From positions 62,001-126,000 of IMG/VR virus record IMGVR_UViG_3300042922_000542: a stretch of DNA of 64,000 nucleotides, one strand, 5' to 3'. The position numbers and the translations under genes were made by a program. Each line of letters opens with the position of its first letter. The stretch's first letter is position 1. Below are positions 10,297 to 21,665 of this stretch, piece by piece. The notes beneath the pieces are model-generated. The model saw only the letters and a program-made list of their open reading frames with translations, was not told the origin of the DNA and ran no database searches.

Positions 10297-11379
10297 ATGG
10301 AAAATTATATTCCAGGCGTCGGTATTTCTGCAGGATGCCTAATGTTAAAATGGGATCTATTAAATTCCCATATACATAGATATGATAAGATAGAACCTGG
10401 CGACAATGTAAATGTATTTATAAATTTCGAATCAATTTTAAGAAATCTTACAATGAAGAAGAATATTAATGAATCTATTATGTTTCATAAACAGAAAGTT
10501 GTATTGGAACTTGAATCTGCAATATTAAATCTTGTTGCAAATTACAAAATGTATTTTAATAAAGAGAGAACCAATTCGAAGATATATCTCTATTATACTG
10601 AACTTACTAATACTGATCATGAAATGACTACGTATAATAAATTTTATCGTTCATATTATTCTAATAAATATTTACAAAATCCTCAATTTAAATCAATAGG
10701 ACAATTGATGACCGATATAATTATACCTGAGATAGAATTAATATTGTCATATATACCCAATTGTTATTTTATTAAATCTAAGCGATTTGACGGTAGTTTA
10801 ATTCCCGCAATAATTAGTGAATTAGATCCCGAATCAAAAAATGTAATAATAACATCTGATGTATTTGATACACTATATCTATTCAAGGAAAAATTTACGA
10901 CTGTATACATTAAACGACGATATGCAAACTTCAAGGTAATATCTGATGTTGAGAGTTCAGTGCAGTCTATAGTTTCTGAAACAAATCCATTTGATTTAAC
11001 TATATTTAATTCAGAAATGTATTATAAGCTATTATTATCCATCAAAGGTAGTAGAATTAGAAATATAAAGTCTGCAAAAGGATTTGGCTATTGTAAATTC
11101 TTAAATTTATTAACTGATGGGATGGATCGAAATATAGTATTAAAGGATTATGGATCGATTAATTCAGTAATCGATTTATTTCCTGAAAAATATCGAATCG
11201 ATATCAAAACTGCATTCGATTGTACTAATCTTGATATACAACATACACTATTGACTGATTCGGATATTGAATCTATAAAATTACAGATAGTCGATAATAT
11301 CGACACCGGTTCAATAGAAGTACTGAATAATAAACGATTTTTAGATTTTCCTATCAATTTACAAGGACTAATAGGTTGA
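10297..11379 (+). CDS. Divergent PIN/FEN-like 5'-3' exonuclease (RNase H-like)
   Basis: VFINFESIL, VIITSDVFD and the H3TH-like GSRIRNIKSAKGFG follow the 5'-3' exonuclease motif order, but several acidic residues look substituted. Confidence 0.45.
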   Translation: MENYIPGVGISAGCLMLKWDLLNSHIHRYDKIEPGDNVNVFINFESILRNLTMKKNINESIMFHKQKVVLELESAILNLVANYKMYFNKERTNSKIYLYYTELTNTDHEMTTYNKFYRSYYSNKYLQNPQFKSIGQLMTDIIIPEIELILSYIPNCYFIKSKRFDGSLIPAIISELDPESKNVIITSDVFDTLYLFKEKFTTVYIKRRYANFKVISDVESSVQSIVSETNPFDLTIFNSEMYYKLLLSIKGSRIRNIKSAKGFGYCKFLNLLTDGMDRNIVLKDYGSINSVIDLFPEKYRIDIKTAFDCTNLDIQHTLLTDSDIESIKLQIVDNIDTGSIEVLNNKRFLDFPINLQGLIG

Positions 11380-11470
11380 TAAATTAAAAGGAGGGAAATA
11401 AATCCCCTCCCTTTATTTTTTTATAAGATTTTATTTTTTGACGATATAATAAGTAAAATATTCAGAGAGT

Positions 11471-14400
11471 GTGGTGAAAGTAATGTCTACTGCAAAAATT
11501 AGTGCAAAGAACGGATCAATTGCAGCGCCATATATTAAACGTGCATCCGGTTTATTAAAAGGCGCTACAGCGGAATATATTAGAGAATATATGCCAACAT
11601 CAGTATCTACAATTGAATCAATGAAAGATACGATCAAACCATTTTCAGCATCTATATCTAATGCTGGTAGTGTTATAGCTAAAACAAAAGAATTGACCGC
11701 TCAACAAAATTTGCGTAAAATAAATGATTGGTTTTTTGGAATGAATAGTTCATTCGATAATGGAAGTGCTGATTCGGATTTATCATTCGATATAGAAGTT
11801 GGTAATAGTAGTGAAATCATCATGGCGCAATTATCAGCTGAAGAAAGATCGGCTAATCAAATATCTAAAACTGTTGTTGAAACATCCCATAGGATGGTTG
11901 AGGCACAATTGTCTGCAACTGCAAATATACTAACATCTATGGACAAAGTCGGTGCAGCGGTTGTATCAGGATTCGATAATATCAATAATACTCTTAATAA
12001 ATTATTAGAAGTGACTACAAAAAATACAAGTGCATTGATTGCTACATCTGTAGCTGCATCAGTTGGATCGAATAGTAATAATCCAATGTTGAGCTCCGGT
12101 AAATTCAATCTTAATGCATACAAGAAATTGATATCTAGTAATGTCCAAGGTAGTGAATTTGGAATGCTTACTGCGATACTTCCAATATTGACTGGTAGTA
12201 TGGGAAGAGAAATGCTATCCTCTGATAATCTATCAAAGATGGGATTTGCTGCATTAATGAATAAAACAAATCCTAATTTAAAGAAAAACATGGAAGCCCT
12301 TGATAAATCTATAAATGGAATTTTAATGAATTCCCTTATAAGATTAGGTGATAAACGAGATCAGAATAATTTAATAGGAACACTTGGTAGAATTTTTGGA
12401 ATGGATACAAATCAAAAACGTCTATCAACAGGTCGAACAAATCTTGAATTTAAAGCTGTACCATTTGATACAGTTGCTAAAGAATCACTTGTTAGTACGA
12501 TACCTGGATATTTACGACAGATTTTAGTTCAATTAGGTGGACCGGATCAAATATATGATTATAGAAGTAGATCATTTAGAAGTAAGGGTGCAATAGCTCG
12601 TGATTTTAAAGATGCTGCGGCTACTAGTAATTCATTTAGATATGCAAGTGGAAGTGTACGTAATACCGTGGGTAGATATGGTAATAATGATGCTAATTAT
12701 AGTAATTTGCGTGATATGATCCATGATTTAATAATGGAGGATATGGGGGGTTCATCCCGTGATAGAAACCACGTATCGGCCCAACTGAGTAGTGAAGCAA
12801 CAGCCAAAAAATATATAAATTCATTATTGAAAAATAGCGGGATTAATAGAGGCAATGGTAGAGCCATAGGTCAATTGGCTAAGGGATACTCATCACTTGA
12901 TGCACAAGGATTATACGATCTTAGGCAACAATCAATAACATCTTCAATGAAACGTAATGCAAATTTACAGGAATATATTGATAATGCGAATATGTTCGGA
13001 GTAGATTTGTCATATATAAGTAATACGAGAGATGATAATAAAAATGAAATAATTAGACGATATACTGGTAAATCATCGAGTTCCATTATTAATTCCAAAT
13101 CAGGTATATCAACTGGCGGTACTGATTATACTAATTCTGCATTATATGAAATTTATAGACGTCTTAATACAGGCATAAACGTATTTCAAGTTGGGTCATC
13201 AAATGAAAAATCAAATAAATACAAATGGATCGGTAAATTACCGGCGCCATCGAGTCATTCTACCAATAGTGATTCTGAAACGGATAAAAGTTCTAAACCG
13301 TTAGTTTCATCGTTAACTGGCCATACGGATCATACAAATATGCTTCTAGAAGATGGTAAATCCGGTAAAGTTGGTAAATGGGCATCTGCATCTGGTAAAA
13401 ATCTCGTAAACGCATTATTCAATGGCAATGCTGAAGATGTGAGAATTGCATTCGGTCAGATGGTTGGGGACATATCTGAAGTTGCGTCCAAACCTATTAA
13501 AGATTTCTTAATTGGTAACGAATCTGCTAACAAGAAGGGTGTATTTGCGAAAATTAATGATTCATTTGGAAACGTTACAGGCTATTTTAAACATAAATTT
13601 ATGGGTACTGGATATGAATATACCGACGAATCTGGTAAAATGGTTAAAGTCGCTAACAATGAAAAAGGCGGTATAATTGGATATCTTAAAGATAACGTAA
13701 TGGATGTCTTTAAAGGTGGAAAAAATAAAGCAGGAAAATGGCTCAACGATGTTTATAAATATTTTGATTTTGGAAAATCAGAAGGCAACACATCATCGAA
13801 AAAGAGAGCAATAATATCGGCATCGGTTGGAGCTATGGCAGGTTTAGGATTTCTTGGAGGCCCGCTTGGATTGTTAACAGGTGCTATTGCTGGAACTGCA
13901 TTAGATAGTAGCAATTTTGGTAATATTTTAAAAGAAAAATTATTTGGTAAAGATGAATTCGACAAGGATGGTAAATCAAAACACAAAACTGGTATAATTG
14001 AAAAAGTAGTAAATAATATCACTGACCCATTGCGATACCAAATAGGAAAAACATTTGATACTGCTGGTAATGTTTTAAAGAAAAATATATTAGGACCACT
14101 ATCAGATATTGGATTCGCTATCAAGGAAAGGGCTTCAAATGCGGCAGGTAGTGCAGTCGGTAAATTCTTTAGTCAGATATTTAAAGGTGCTGGTTGGATT
14201 GCTAAACAAGCATTAAATATTCCATTGGCACTTGCTGGTATTCCAATAGCATACCAAGGTAATGCTGCAAGAGCTGGAATGCAAGTAGGTGGTGCGGTTG
14301 CTGGGACGGGAATGAATTTTATTGCCGATATGATTTCTGGTAAATCCGGTCGAGAGAAATTAAGAGATCGTCGCAAAGAAAGAGCTGATCAAATTAAAGC

Positions 14401-17400
14401 TGATAAAGATGCAAGTGGATACTATGAGGGCGGAGTATTTGGTAGTTATAAATCTTGGAAGAAGAAACAAGATGAAGCAAGATCAAATAAATCTAATTTA
14501 TCAGATTATATGGCATCCGACAAAACTGTTGTGGATGCTTCAATTAAAACTGAAGAGAATACATCCGCTATGGCAAAGGATATTGGTTCATTAACATATC
14601 ATGCAACACATCATGACCCAATTACGAATTCATCAATATATACTAGCGACAAAGGCGTATATGAAAAGATTACAGATATATTTGATTTACTTAAGAGACG
14701 ATTTGATGGTGGATCAGGATTATCTTCATTATCTGGTGCAGACGGAGTAAATTCAATATTAAGTGCGGCTTCTGGTATTGGAACACAAAGCGGGTTGTCA
14801 ATGGAAGATGTGGAAGATATTAGTTCAATCGCAGATGAATCTAATCGCGGTAAACCCAATAAAAGATCTATACTTTCTAGGTTTAAAAATTTACTTAAAC
14901 GTAATGCCTCAAGTAATAATACTGATGGGGTTAGTGAAAAATCCAAGGGTATGCTGAGTAATATTGCGGGATCAGTTGGTGATTTTATAAAGGACGTATT
15001 ACCAAGTTGGGCAGTCCCATTAGGTGGTTTGATGTTAAGTTTATTATCACCTGCAATCAAATCAATAGTATGGGGTGACGGTGAAAACGAAGGTATCGTG
15101 CCACAATTAGGTGCAGCAATATTAAGCTATATTACTGGTAACACATCTAATGAATCCGGCAGCACATCTTTACCTAAATCTATTGGAGGTATCAATAGTT
15201 CTTTAAATGAAATTGCTACAGGTCCATTACTATCAAATGCTAAAATTGGTGGTATCAATATTACGGGTAGTACAGATCCTATAGGATTATTTGGTACATT
15301 CAATAATAGTAAACGTGCTATATCAGGATTCAAAACATTAAAGAGTTCAGCATCGGCAGCATCTAAAGTTGTCAAAGAGTCAGTTCCATTAGCTCAACGA
15401 TTTGGTGCTAAATTTGCTGTGAAGGCTGCAATGACATCTGGTGCAAAAACTGTAACGCAAACTACATTAAAGGGAACAGCCGCCGGAATATTTAAAGGTG
15501 TTAAAGGATCAATTAAATTTTTATCAAGTTTACTGAGTTTCGCATTAGATAGTATAATAATGCTATTTCAAGGCAATGAAGTATTTGGTAAAGATAAATA
15601 TAGTGCATCATTAGTACAACAAGCATCTCTTATAATTGGAGGTGCATTAAATGGAACTGGTAGTGGATTTGCAGATGGTTTCCAATGGGCTGATATAATT
15701 GATATCGCCGGCAATGCATTAAAATGGACTGCGGTTGGTGCAGCGATGGGTTCTGTAGTTCCTATATTAGGTAACGGCATCGGTGCTGTATTAGGATTTA
15801 TATTAGGTCTTATACTTGGAATGTGGGGCGGTAAAACACTTGCGAAACAAATAGGGAATCTATTTGAAAATAGTGGAGCGTCTAGAGCTACGAATTATGT
15901 AGGTCGAGATTTATATGCAAAGGGTCATGGGTTTGGATCAGATGTATCTAGTTTTGTAAAGGGAATCGGTTCTAAGGCATTAAATTATATTAAGAGTGCC
16001 GCAGGTTCTATTGCAAACTATGTTAGTAGTATGACTGGTAAAGCCAAAGATATATTTAATTTGATGAAAAATTGTAATACAAATTCCGGAGTAAATGGAT
16101 ATTTAAAATTGATATCTGATATATCAAATATAGTATCTAATACTGGATCCGGTGGAGGAAGATCATTTGACTTGTTCTCTACAGCATATCGTGGTCATGG
16201 TTCAATGTATTATCAGGGTAATTACGGATCTGTTTTAGATATGAATCAATCTGGATGTGGACCAATTGCAGCTTCATATATAGCTAACTCATATGGAAGA
16301 AATATTACACCAATGCAGGCCGCTCAATTTTTAAATAATAGCGGCTTCAGAGATAGTTCAGGCGGAACATCTAGTTTAGGTATTGCTGCAATTAATAAAC
16401 AATTAGGAATTCCTATGGCATCTAGCGGTGTAAATATAAATGCGATTGGAAATAAATTATCCAGAGGAGAGCCTGTTGCGCTTCTAGGGAAATCGAATGA
16501 TCCTAATAGTCCATACACCAAATCAGGTCATTTTATTATAGCTGACGGTATGGATAGTTCGGGAAATATTACTGTAATGGATCCATTAAATCCTACGAAA
16601 AGAAAATATGATATCAATAGCATCATGAACGGTGCACAAGAAGCAACATATGCTGATGGTGGAGTTGGGTATGGGGATGAGTCTAAATTAAATAAAGGAA
16701 ATCCTCTCAATAAATCGTTCAGAATAACAAGTCCATTTGGTGATAACTCTCCATTTAGAGGTGGCATATCTCATCGTGGAGTTGATATGGTGCCACAGGA
16801 TGGATCAAAACAAGCACAAGTCGGTGCTGCATATAATGGAACAATAGTCGCAATTAAATCTAATATCCCAGATAGTTTTACTGGAATAAACGATAATACC
16901 AGGAGAAATTCAACTGGTAACTATGTGAGTTATAAAACACCACAAGGTATCACAGTAACTAATATGCATCTGAAAGCAAATAGTATACCATCGAATTTAC
17001 GCATTGGTAGTTCGATAAGACCTGGTGATAAAATTGGAGATATGGGATCGACTGGTATGTCTACAGGCCCTCACTTACATTATCAATTTAAAGATGATAA
17101 AGGAAACTATATTAATCCGACAGCATCAATAACAGGTGGTGCAACTATGAATAATTTCAATAGCTCTGCAAGCCCATACATTGCATCATCCAATGATGGT
17201 GGAATATTCTCGCAATTGAGTAGTATATTAGGTAATACTGCATCTAAGGTAATGAGTTTCTTTGGATTATCTGATTCATCTACAAGTTCATCTATTAATA
17301 CTACAGGTGATGCTAACTCATCAGACATAATATTCTCAAAGGCTAAGAATCTTGATACATCATATACGGACTATCCAGGTAGATCAATGGGAATCGAATC

Positions 17401-18400
17401 ATATCAATTAAATTTTATTCTTAAAGTAGCTCCGTCCGCACAGGCAACGATGGATTCAGGTGTGTTAGCTTCGGTACGTATAGCACAAGCTATTATAGAA
17501 TCAAATTGGGGGCGTTCAAGTCTTACAACAGAGGGTAATAATTTATTCGGTATGAAAGCATTCGCTGGTTGGTCTGGGCGTCGTATAAGTAAACCAACTA
17601 AAGAATGGAGTGCGTCTAGTGGAAATTATCAAACTAATGCTAGTTTTAGAGCATACGGTAGTTGGGATGAGAGTATTGCAGACCAAGCTAATAACTATAC
17701 CAAAGTTTCAGCTTATAAAAGTTCTGGCTTACTTGGAGAAAAAGATTATAGACAAGCCTGTATTAAGATACAAAAATCAGGTTATGCGACAGACCCGGCA
17801 TATGCTAATAAATTAATACAGATGGTTGATCGATATCAATTAACCTATTTCGATCATCCTGTAACTAAAGGTGCAACTGCTAGCAGTCGTTACTATTCCA
17901 ATAGAATGACGATGCAAGACATGGCTGCATTAAATATGTCATCGGATAATAATCCTATGGGTGGTGGTATTCCGTCATATGATAATTCTGGGAGTTCTAT
18001 ATTTACTTCACGTAAATCAAATGTACCGAATGCCGGTTATGGAAATAAATCTTCATCACGTAAAATTAATCGTGGTTATGGAGCTAAGTTCCCTAATGCT
18101 ATAGGTGGATCATTTAGCGATACATATGAATACGATCAAAATATTAAAAGTGCATCAGGTATGGGCATGGGTAATATCAATGAAAAACTAGAATTATTAT
18201 TATCTGCAGCTCTTAATGAATTAAAGGCAATCAATAATAATACGGGTGGTTCTACATCTGCATTGCAAGAATTAGTAAGTGCCAGTGGAAATAATGGTTC
18301 TGGTTCACAAACTAAAACTGCGACACGTAGATCGTCAGCACCCCCATTGAATAATAACTCTAACATATCATCAGTATTATCAATTGTAAAACCTTTATAA
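11471..18400 (+). CDS. Tape-measure-like tail protein with C39-like peptidase, M23 peptidase and GH73 glucosaminidase domains
   Basis: Long Gly/Ala/Ser-rich helical N-terminal region. C39-like: SGCGPIAA...GHFII...MDP. M23: HRGVD...MHL...STGPHLHY. GH73: AQAIIESNWG...NNLFGMK...GYATDPAYANKLI. Likely ATG at 11483. Confidence 0.85.
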   Translation: MVKVMSTAKISAKNGSIAAPYIKRASGLLKGATAEYIREYMPTSVSTIESMKDTIKPFSASISNAGSVIAKTKELTAQQNLRKINDWFFGMNSSFDNGSADSDLSFDIEVGNSSEIIMAQLSAEERSANQISKTVVETSHRMVEAQLSATANILTSMDKVGAAVVSGFDNINNTLNKLLEVTTKNTSALIATSVAASVGSNSNNPMLSSGKFNLNAYKKLISSNVQGSEFGMLTAILPILTGSMGREMLSSDNLSKMGFAALMNKTNPNLKKNMEALDKSINGILMNSLIRLGDKRDQNNLIGTLGRIFGMDTNQKRLSTGRTNLEFKAVPFDTVAKESLVSTIPGYLRQILVQLGGPDQIYDYRSRSFRSKGAIARDFKDAAATSNSFRYASGSVRNTVGRYGNNDANYSNLRDMIHDLIMEDMGGSSRDRNHVSAQLSSEATAKKYINSLLKNSGINRGNGRAIGQLAKGYSSLDAQGLYDLRQQSITSSMKRNANLQEYIDNANMFGVDLSYISNTRDDNKNEIIRRYTGKSSSSIINSKSGISTGGTDYTNSALYEIYRRLNTGINVFQVGSSNEKSNKYKWIGKLPAPSSHSTNSDSETDKSSKPLVSSLTGHTDHTNMLLEDGKSGKVGKWASASGKNLVNALFNGNAEDVRIAFGQMVGDISEVASKPIKDFLIGNESANKKGVFAKINDSFGNVTGYFKHKFMGTGYEYTDESGKMVKVANNEKGGIIGYLKDNVMDVFKGGKNKAGKWLNDVYKYFDFGKSEGNTSSKKRAIISASVGAMAGLGFLGGPLGLLTGAIAGTALDSSNFGNILKEKLFGKDEFDKDGKSKHKTGIIEKVVNNITDPLRYQIGKTFDTAGNVLKKNILGPLSDIGFAIKERASNAAGSAVGKFFSQIFKGAGWIAKQALNIPLALAGIPIAYQGNAARAGMQVGGAVAGTGMNFIADMISGKSGREKLRDRRKERADQIKADKDASGYYEGGVFGSYKSWKKKQDEARSNKSNLSDYMASDKTVVDASIKTEENTSAMAKDIGSLTYHATHHDPITNSSIYTSDKGVYEKITDIFDLLKRRFDGGSGLSSLSGADGVNSILSAASGIGTQSGLSMEDVEDISSIADESNRGKPNKRSILSRFKNLLKRNASSNNTDGVSEKSKGMLSNIAGSVGDFIKDVLPSWAVPLGGLMLSLLSPAIKSIVWGDGENEGIVPQLGAAILSYITGNTSNESGSTSLPKSIGGINSSLNEIATGPLLSNAKIGGINITGSTDPIGLFGTFNNSKRAISGFKTLKSSASAASKVVKESVPLAQRFGAKFAVKAAMTSGAKTVTQTTLKGTAAGIFKGVKGSIKFLSSLLSFALDSIIMLFQGNEVFGKDKYSASLVQQASLIIGGALNGTGSGFADGFQWADIIDIAGNALKWTAVGAAMGSVVPILGNGIGAVLGFILGLILGMWGGKTLAKQIGNLFENSGASRATNYVGRDLYAKGHGFGSDVSSFVKGIGSKALNYIKSAAGSIANYVSSMTGKAKDIFNLMKNCNTNSGVNGYLKLISDISNIVSNTGSGGGRSFDLFSTAYRGHGSMYYQGNYGSVLDMNQSGCGPIAASYIANSYGRNITPMQAAQFLNNSGFRDSSGGTSSLGIAAINKQLGIPMASSGVNINAIGNKLSRGEPVALLGKSNDPNSPYTKSGHFIIADGMDSSGNITVMDPLNPTKRKYDINSIMNGAQEATYADGGVGYGDESKLNKGNPLNKSFRITSPFGDNSPFRGGISHRGVDMVPQDGSKQAQVGAAYNGTIVAIKSNIPDSFTGINDNTRRNSTGNYVSYKTPQGITVTNMHLKANSIPSNLRIGSSIRPGDKIGDMGSTGMSTGPHLHYQFKDDKGNYINPTASITGGATMNNFNSSASPYIASSNDGGIFSQLSSILGNTASKVMSFFGLSDSSTSSSINTTGDANSSDIIFSKAKNLDTSYTDYPGRSMGIESYQLNFILKVAPSAQATMDSGVLASVRIAQAIIESNWGRSSLTTEGNNLFGMKAFAGWSGRRISKPTKEWSASSGNYQTNASFRAYGSWDESIADQANNYTKVSAYKSSGLLGEKDYRQACIKIQKSGYATDPAYANKLIQMVDRYQLTYFDHPVTKGATASSRYYSNRMTMQDMAALNMSSDNNPMGGGIPSYDNSGSSIFTSRKSNVPNAGYGNKSSSRKINRGYGAKFPNAIGGSFSDTYEYDQNIKSASGMGMGNINEKLELLLSAALNELKAINNNTGGSTSALQELVSASGNNGSGSQTKTATRRSSAPPLNNNSNISSVLSIVKPL

Positions 18401-18405
18401 AAAAT

Positions 18406-18438
18406 AATATAGATGGGGAAATAGACCCCATCTATATT
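18406..18438 (+). terminator. Intrinsic terminator-like hairpin
   Basis: AATATAGATGGGG-AAATAGA-CCCCATCTATATT immediately after the 18400 stop. Confidence 0.65.
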
Positions 18439-18497
18439 TAATTAAATTGGGAAACCGTTATATTAAATGTCTAACATACGTAAGGAGTGATTTATAT

Positions 18498-20240
18498 ATG
18501 GCACAGGTACAAGGAACGATAGTAGGGAACAAATCATCATCTAATTATACAATGATGGATGAAATGTTATTAAGGGAATTATCGGACATCGATGGTGTGC
18601 GCGGAATTAACCCAGAAACAGGTCGAGATATAAGCGATGGTGGATTATTATCAGGTATGTCTACTAGATTATTTGGTGCGCCATTTCAACTATTAGATTC
18701 AGTAGATCATCGATTCCCGAATATAAATAGATATGTGGGTAATGAATATTTACGAAATTTCTTATTAAATAGCCCTATATTATATATACATCCAGGATTG
18801 CCTAGATACACCGGTGGTAAAGTTAGTGAATTGGCAACTACCGTTATGGATTCATTCAATAGTAATCTAGGACCCGTTCGGTTGATGGTTGGTTTGGCAA
18901 AAGGATCTATATTTGGATCTGGTTCAAAGTTACAAAGAAGAATGTTTGGATTTAAACAAACATATTTAGAATATATGCAATATGTAAATTATATGTGTAG
19001 ATCATCTGCAAGTTATTTAGGATTAACTGATATCATTAATGATAGTAGTACACATAGCAAAAAAATTACTGGCATAGATGGTACATTTGTTTCGGATACT
19101 TCTAAGAGTGGATCAAATAGTTCCAATCCAAAATATGTGCAATTTAGTAAAATTAAATGGCAAAATTACAGATTTTTAGGTGGATACGTACAAACAACAA
19201 AAGAACGTATTGATGAATTAATTAATGCTGCTGGTGGTACCATTAGTGATGGGTTTAAGGGATTATTCGGATTAGATAGCGATGAGAATGGTAATCAATT
19301 TTTTGTTAAAAATATAGATAATATGGATGCATTTGAAAATCTAAATGAGGGCAATATGTCTATAAATGAAACGATGGATATGCAATTAACTTCAGTTGCA
19401 TTTATGGTTGAACCCGTTTCATTTACTGAGAGTTTGGATAATGAAACATCACAATCCATGTTAGAGAGTATAACTGAAAAGATTGATGGGATCGGAAGCG
19501 AAATGGCATTTATTACAGGGTCTAGAGTTGACGTTGGTACGATTGGATCGGTATTGGGATTCTTAGGAAATACTGTAGCTGATGGGGCATCTCAAATAGC
19601 CAGTTTAGTTTCTACAACAACTGGGGGATTTGTGACAAATTTATTTCAAGGTGCTATTGGTGCTCTTAAAGGACAAAAAATGATTTATCCTGAAATATAT
19701 AGATCGTCAAGATCTAGTATGGATTATGAATTTAATGTAACATTGACTTCACCATATGGTGATGCTTATAATTATTACATGCATATAGTGGTGCCATTGC
19801 TTCATTTAATTGGATTGGCTGCACCAAGAATGGTGTCGGCGAACTCAACAGCATCACCATTTTTAGTGCAAGCATATATACCGGGAATGTGTACATGTCA
19901 ACTTGGTATAATCTCGAAAATGACAATAACTAAAAATCCAGATAACGGTCATGTATCGGTTGACGGATTTCCATTAACGGTTAAAGTTAATTTTACGATT
20001 AAAGAGTTATATAATGCATTGGCAATCTCCCCGGCAAATGATCCAGTTTCATTCTTATATAATGAAACCTTAAATGATTACCTTGCAAATATATCAGGAT
20101 TAGTACCATCACTTGCAACATATGAAACTAAGCAAAAAGCATTATTTAAAAATTTAGAAGAATTCTTTACAGTGGATTCATTCGTAAACTCTGCATTATC
20201 AGGTGGATATGAATGGGTTGAAAGCAAGGTTGCACGATAA
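18498..20240 (+). CDS. Virion structural protein, possibly baseplate/tail-tube-initiator fold (gp48/gp54-like C-terminus)
   Basis: SD AAGGAGTG before ATG 18498 (the track uses TTG 18447). C-terminal YEFNVTLTSP...PFLV...GIISKMTITK...SVDGFPLTVKVNFTIKEL resembles tube-fold baseplate proteins. Adjacent to the tape measure. Confidence 0.45.
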   Translation: MAQVQGTIVGNKSSSNYTMMDEMLLRELSDIDGVRGINPETGRDISDGGLLSGMSTRLFGAPFQLLDSVDHRFPNINRYVGNEYLRNFLLNSPILYIHPGLPRYTGGKVSELATTVMDSFNSNLGPVRLMVGLAKGSIFGSGSKLQRRMFGFKQTYLEYMQYVNYMCRSSASYLGLTDIINDSSTHSKKITGIDGTFVSDTSKSGSNSSNPKYVQFSKIKWQNYRFLGGYVQTTKERIDELINAAGGTISDGFKGLFGLDSDENGNQFFVKNIDNMDAFENLNEGNMSINETMDMQLTSVAFMVEPVSFTESLDNETSQSMLESITEKIDGIGSEMAFITGSRVDVGTIGSVLGFLGNTVADGASQIASLVSTTTGGFVTNLFQGAIGALKGQKMIYPEIYRSSRSSMDYEFNVTLTSPYGDAYNYYMHIVVPLLHLIGLAAPRMVSANSTASPFLVQAYIPGMCTCQLGIISKMTITKNPDNGHVSVDGFPLTVKVNFTIKELYNALAISPANDPVSFLYNETLNDYLANISGLVPSLATYETKQKALFKNLEEFFTVDSFVNSALSGGYEWVESKVAR

Positions 20241-20262
20241 AATTACATGTCGGCATTTATAT

Positions 20263-20273
20263 TTATATATTAT
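20263..20273 (+). promoter_or_regulatory. TTATATATTAT promoter-like motif
   Basis: Exact copy 37 nt before ATG 20310. Confidence 0.6.
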
Positions 20274-20309
20274 TTATATAATATAATAAGAAAAGGAAGG
20301 ATTCTTTAA

Positions 20310-21008
20310 ATGATCGATTGGAATGATAGTAAATATAAGTATTGGATAAAGAATCCAATTGACATAGATCCCGATGAAGATATAAATAAAAACATATCAA
20401 ATAGTCCCGGATATATAATCCGGGACTATCGTTTCTATCCCAAACTGATATCGGTCGATCCAACGGAATATGAGCCTAGAAATGGAATAATTCGCAGACC
20501 CACAAAATTGCAATTATTTTATGCATGGGAATTGAATAATGAACAACAAGCATTAAAAGATCACAAGAAACACGTTAAATACAGGAAGAAGGGTGTTGAT
20601 AAGGATCAAGAGAAAAGATTTACTAAAATGTATATGGATAAAAATAAGGTATATTATATATACAATGATATTGTTCGGGCAGACTATATTAACTTGATCT
20701 CAAATATGATATATTCGAAAAAATATGATGATAATTTAAAATTAGATGCAATGAAACTACTTACTGTGATAGAACATACCCATTTGATAATTTATGATTA
20801 TGATGAATCTATATATAAAAAATTCATTGAGAGATTACTCAATTTAATATATTATATATTTGCGATAAAATTTAATAATTACGATCTAATTGAAATTATA
20901 CTATTACAAAAAAATATAAATTTAAATAAATATTTGATAAGTACTACCAAACCTGATTTGATACTCGATCAATTGATTAATATAAATAATGCTGTAAAAA
21001 TACTTTAA
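20310..21008 (+). CDS. Hypothetical protein
   Basis: SD AAGGAAGG, promoter motif upstream, 232 aa. Confidence 0.75.
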   Translation: MIDWNDSKYKYWIKNPIDIDPDEDINKNISNSPGYIIRDYRFYPKLISVDPTEYEPRNGIIRRPTKLQLFYAWELNNEQQALKDHKKHVKYRKKGVDKDQEKRFTKMYMDKNKVYYIYNDIVRADYINLISNMIYSKKYDDNLKLDAMKLLTVIEHTHLIIYDYDESIYKKFIERLLNLIYYIFAIKFNNYDLIEIILLQKNINLNKYLISTTKPDLILDQLININNAVKIL

Positions 21009-21042
21009 ACAATTATAATTCAATAATAAAGGAGGTAACATA

Positions 21043-21639
21043 ATGTGTTATTCACAAAGAAATTTATTCAAAATGCCTGAAAATAGAAAAATAATATCGG
21101 TCGCATCTAAGACTAAGGAGCCACCGATTGATATATTTAATGATACAATTGTTATTATAGGAGATAATAATAAACCTGCTACCGATCAGCAAATTGGTGA
21201 ATTCACTATAACTGCAGATTTTGGTGAGGAAGAAAGAATTAAAAAGGAAAAAGAGAAACGTAAAGCATTTAAAAAGAATAGACAACGTGCATATGAATTA
21301 TTGGCAAAGCGTGAGTTTATTTTAAATAAGCTTTCTAGTAGTGATTTAAATAAGAAGAAACATATCAACACTGTAGCTAAATTAAATTATGAATTAGAAA
21401 TGATAGATTGGGAATTAAATAAGATTAGAGAAATTAATGGATATGATTATATTGATATGCATAGAACTACTTATATGCAGAGATTTTTAAAGGCTATTAA
21501 AAAGAAATATAAGAAATTTGTAAAATTCTTATCAGCTAATGGTGATACTGTTAAAAATATAATTGCAGGTGTTGCAGGTGTGTTAGTACCAGTTATTATC
21601 GGTATAGTAATTGGTGATAAAAAAACGGCTAGCGCATAA
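21043..21639 (+). CDS. Hypothetical coiled-coil protein with C-terminal membrane anchor
   Basis: SD AAGGAGGT; charged helical core; hydrophobic IIAGVAGVLVPVIIGIVIG near the C-terminus. Confidence 0.75.
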   Translation: MCYSQRNLFKMPENRKIISVASKTKEPPIDIFNDTIVIIGDNNKPATDQQIGEFTITADFGEEERIKKEKEKRKAFKKNRQRAYELLAKREFILNKLSSSDLNKKKHINTVAKLNYELEMIDWELNKIREINGYDYIDMHRTTYMQRFLKAIKKKYKKFVKFLSANGDTVKNIIAGVAGVLVPVIIGIVIGDKKTASA

Positions 21640-21665
21640 TCGATTAAAAATGGAGGTTATGATAT

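Noticed and set aside
11857-18366. Many short antisense or out-of-frame ORFs within the tape measure gene, and similar ones inside other long genes
   Set aside because: They are fully nested in well-supported CDSs, lack SDs and have shadow-like composition.
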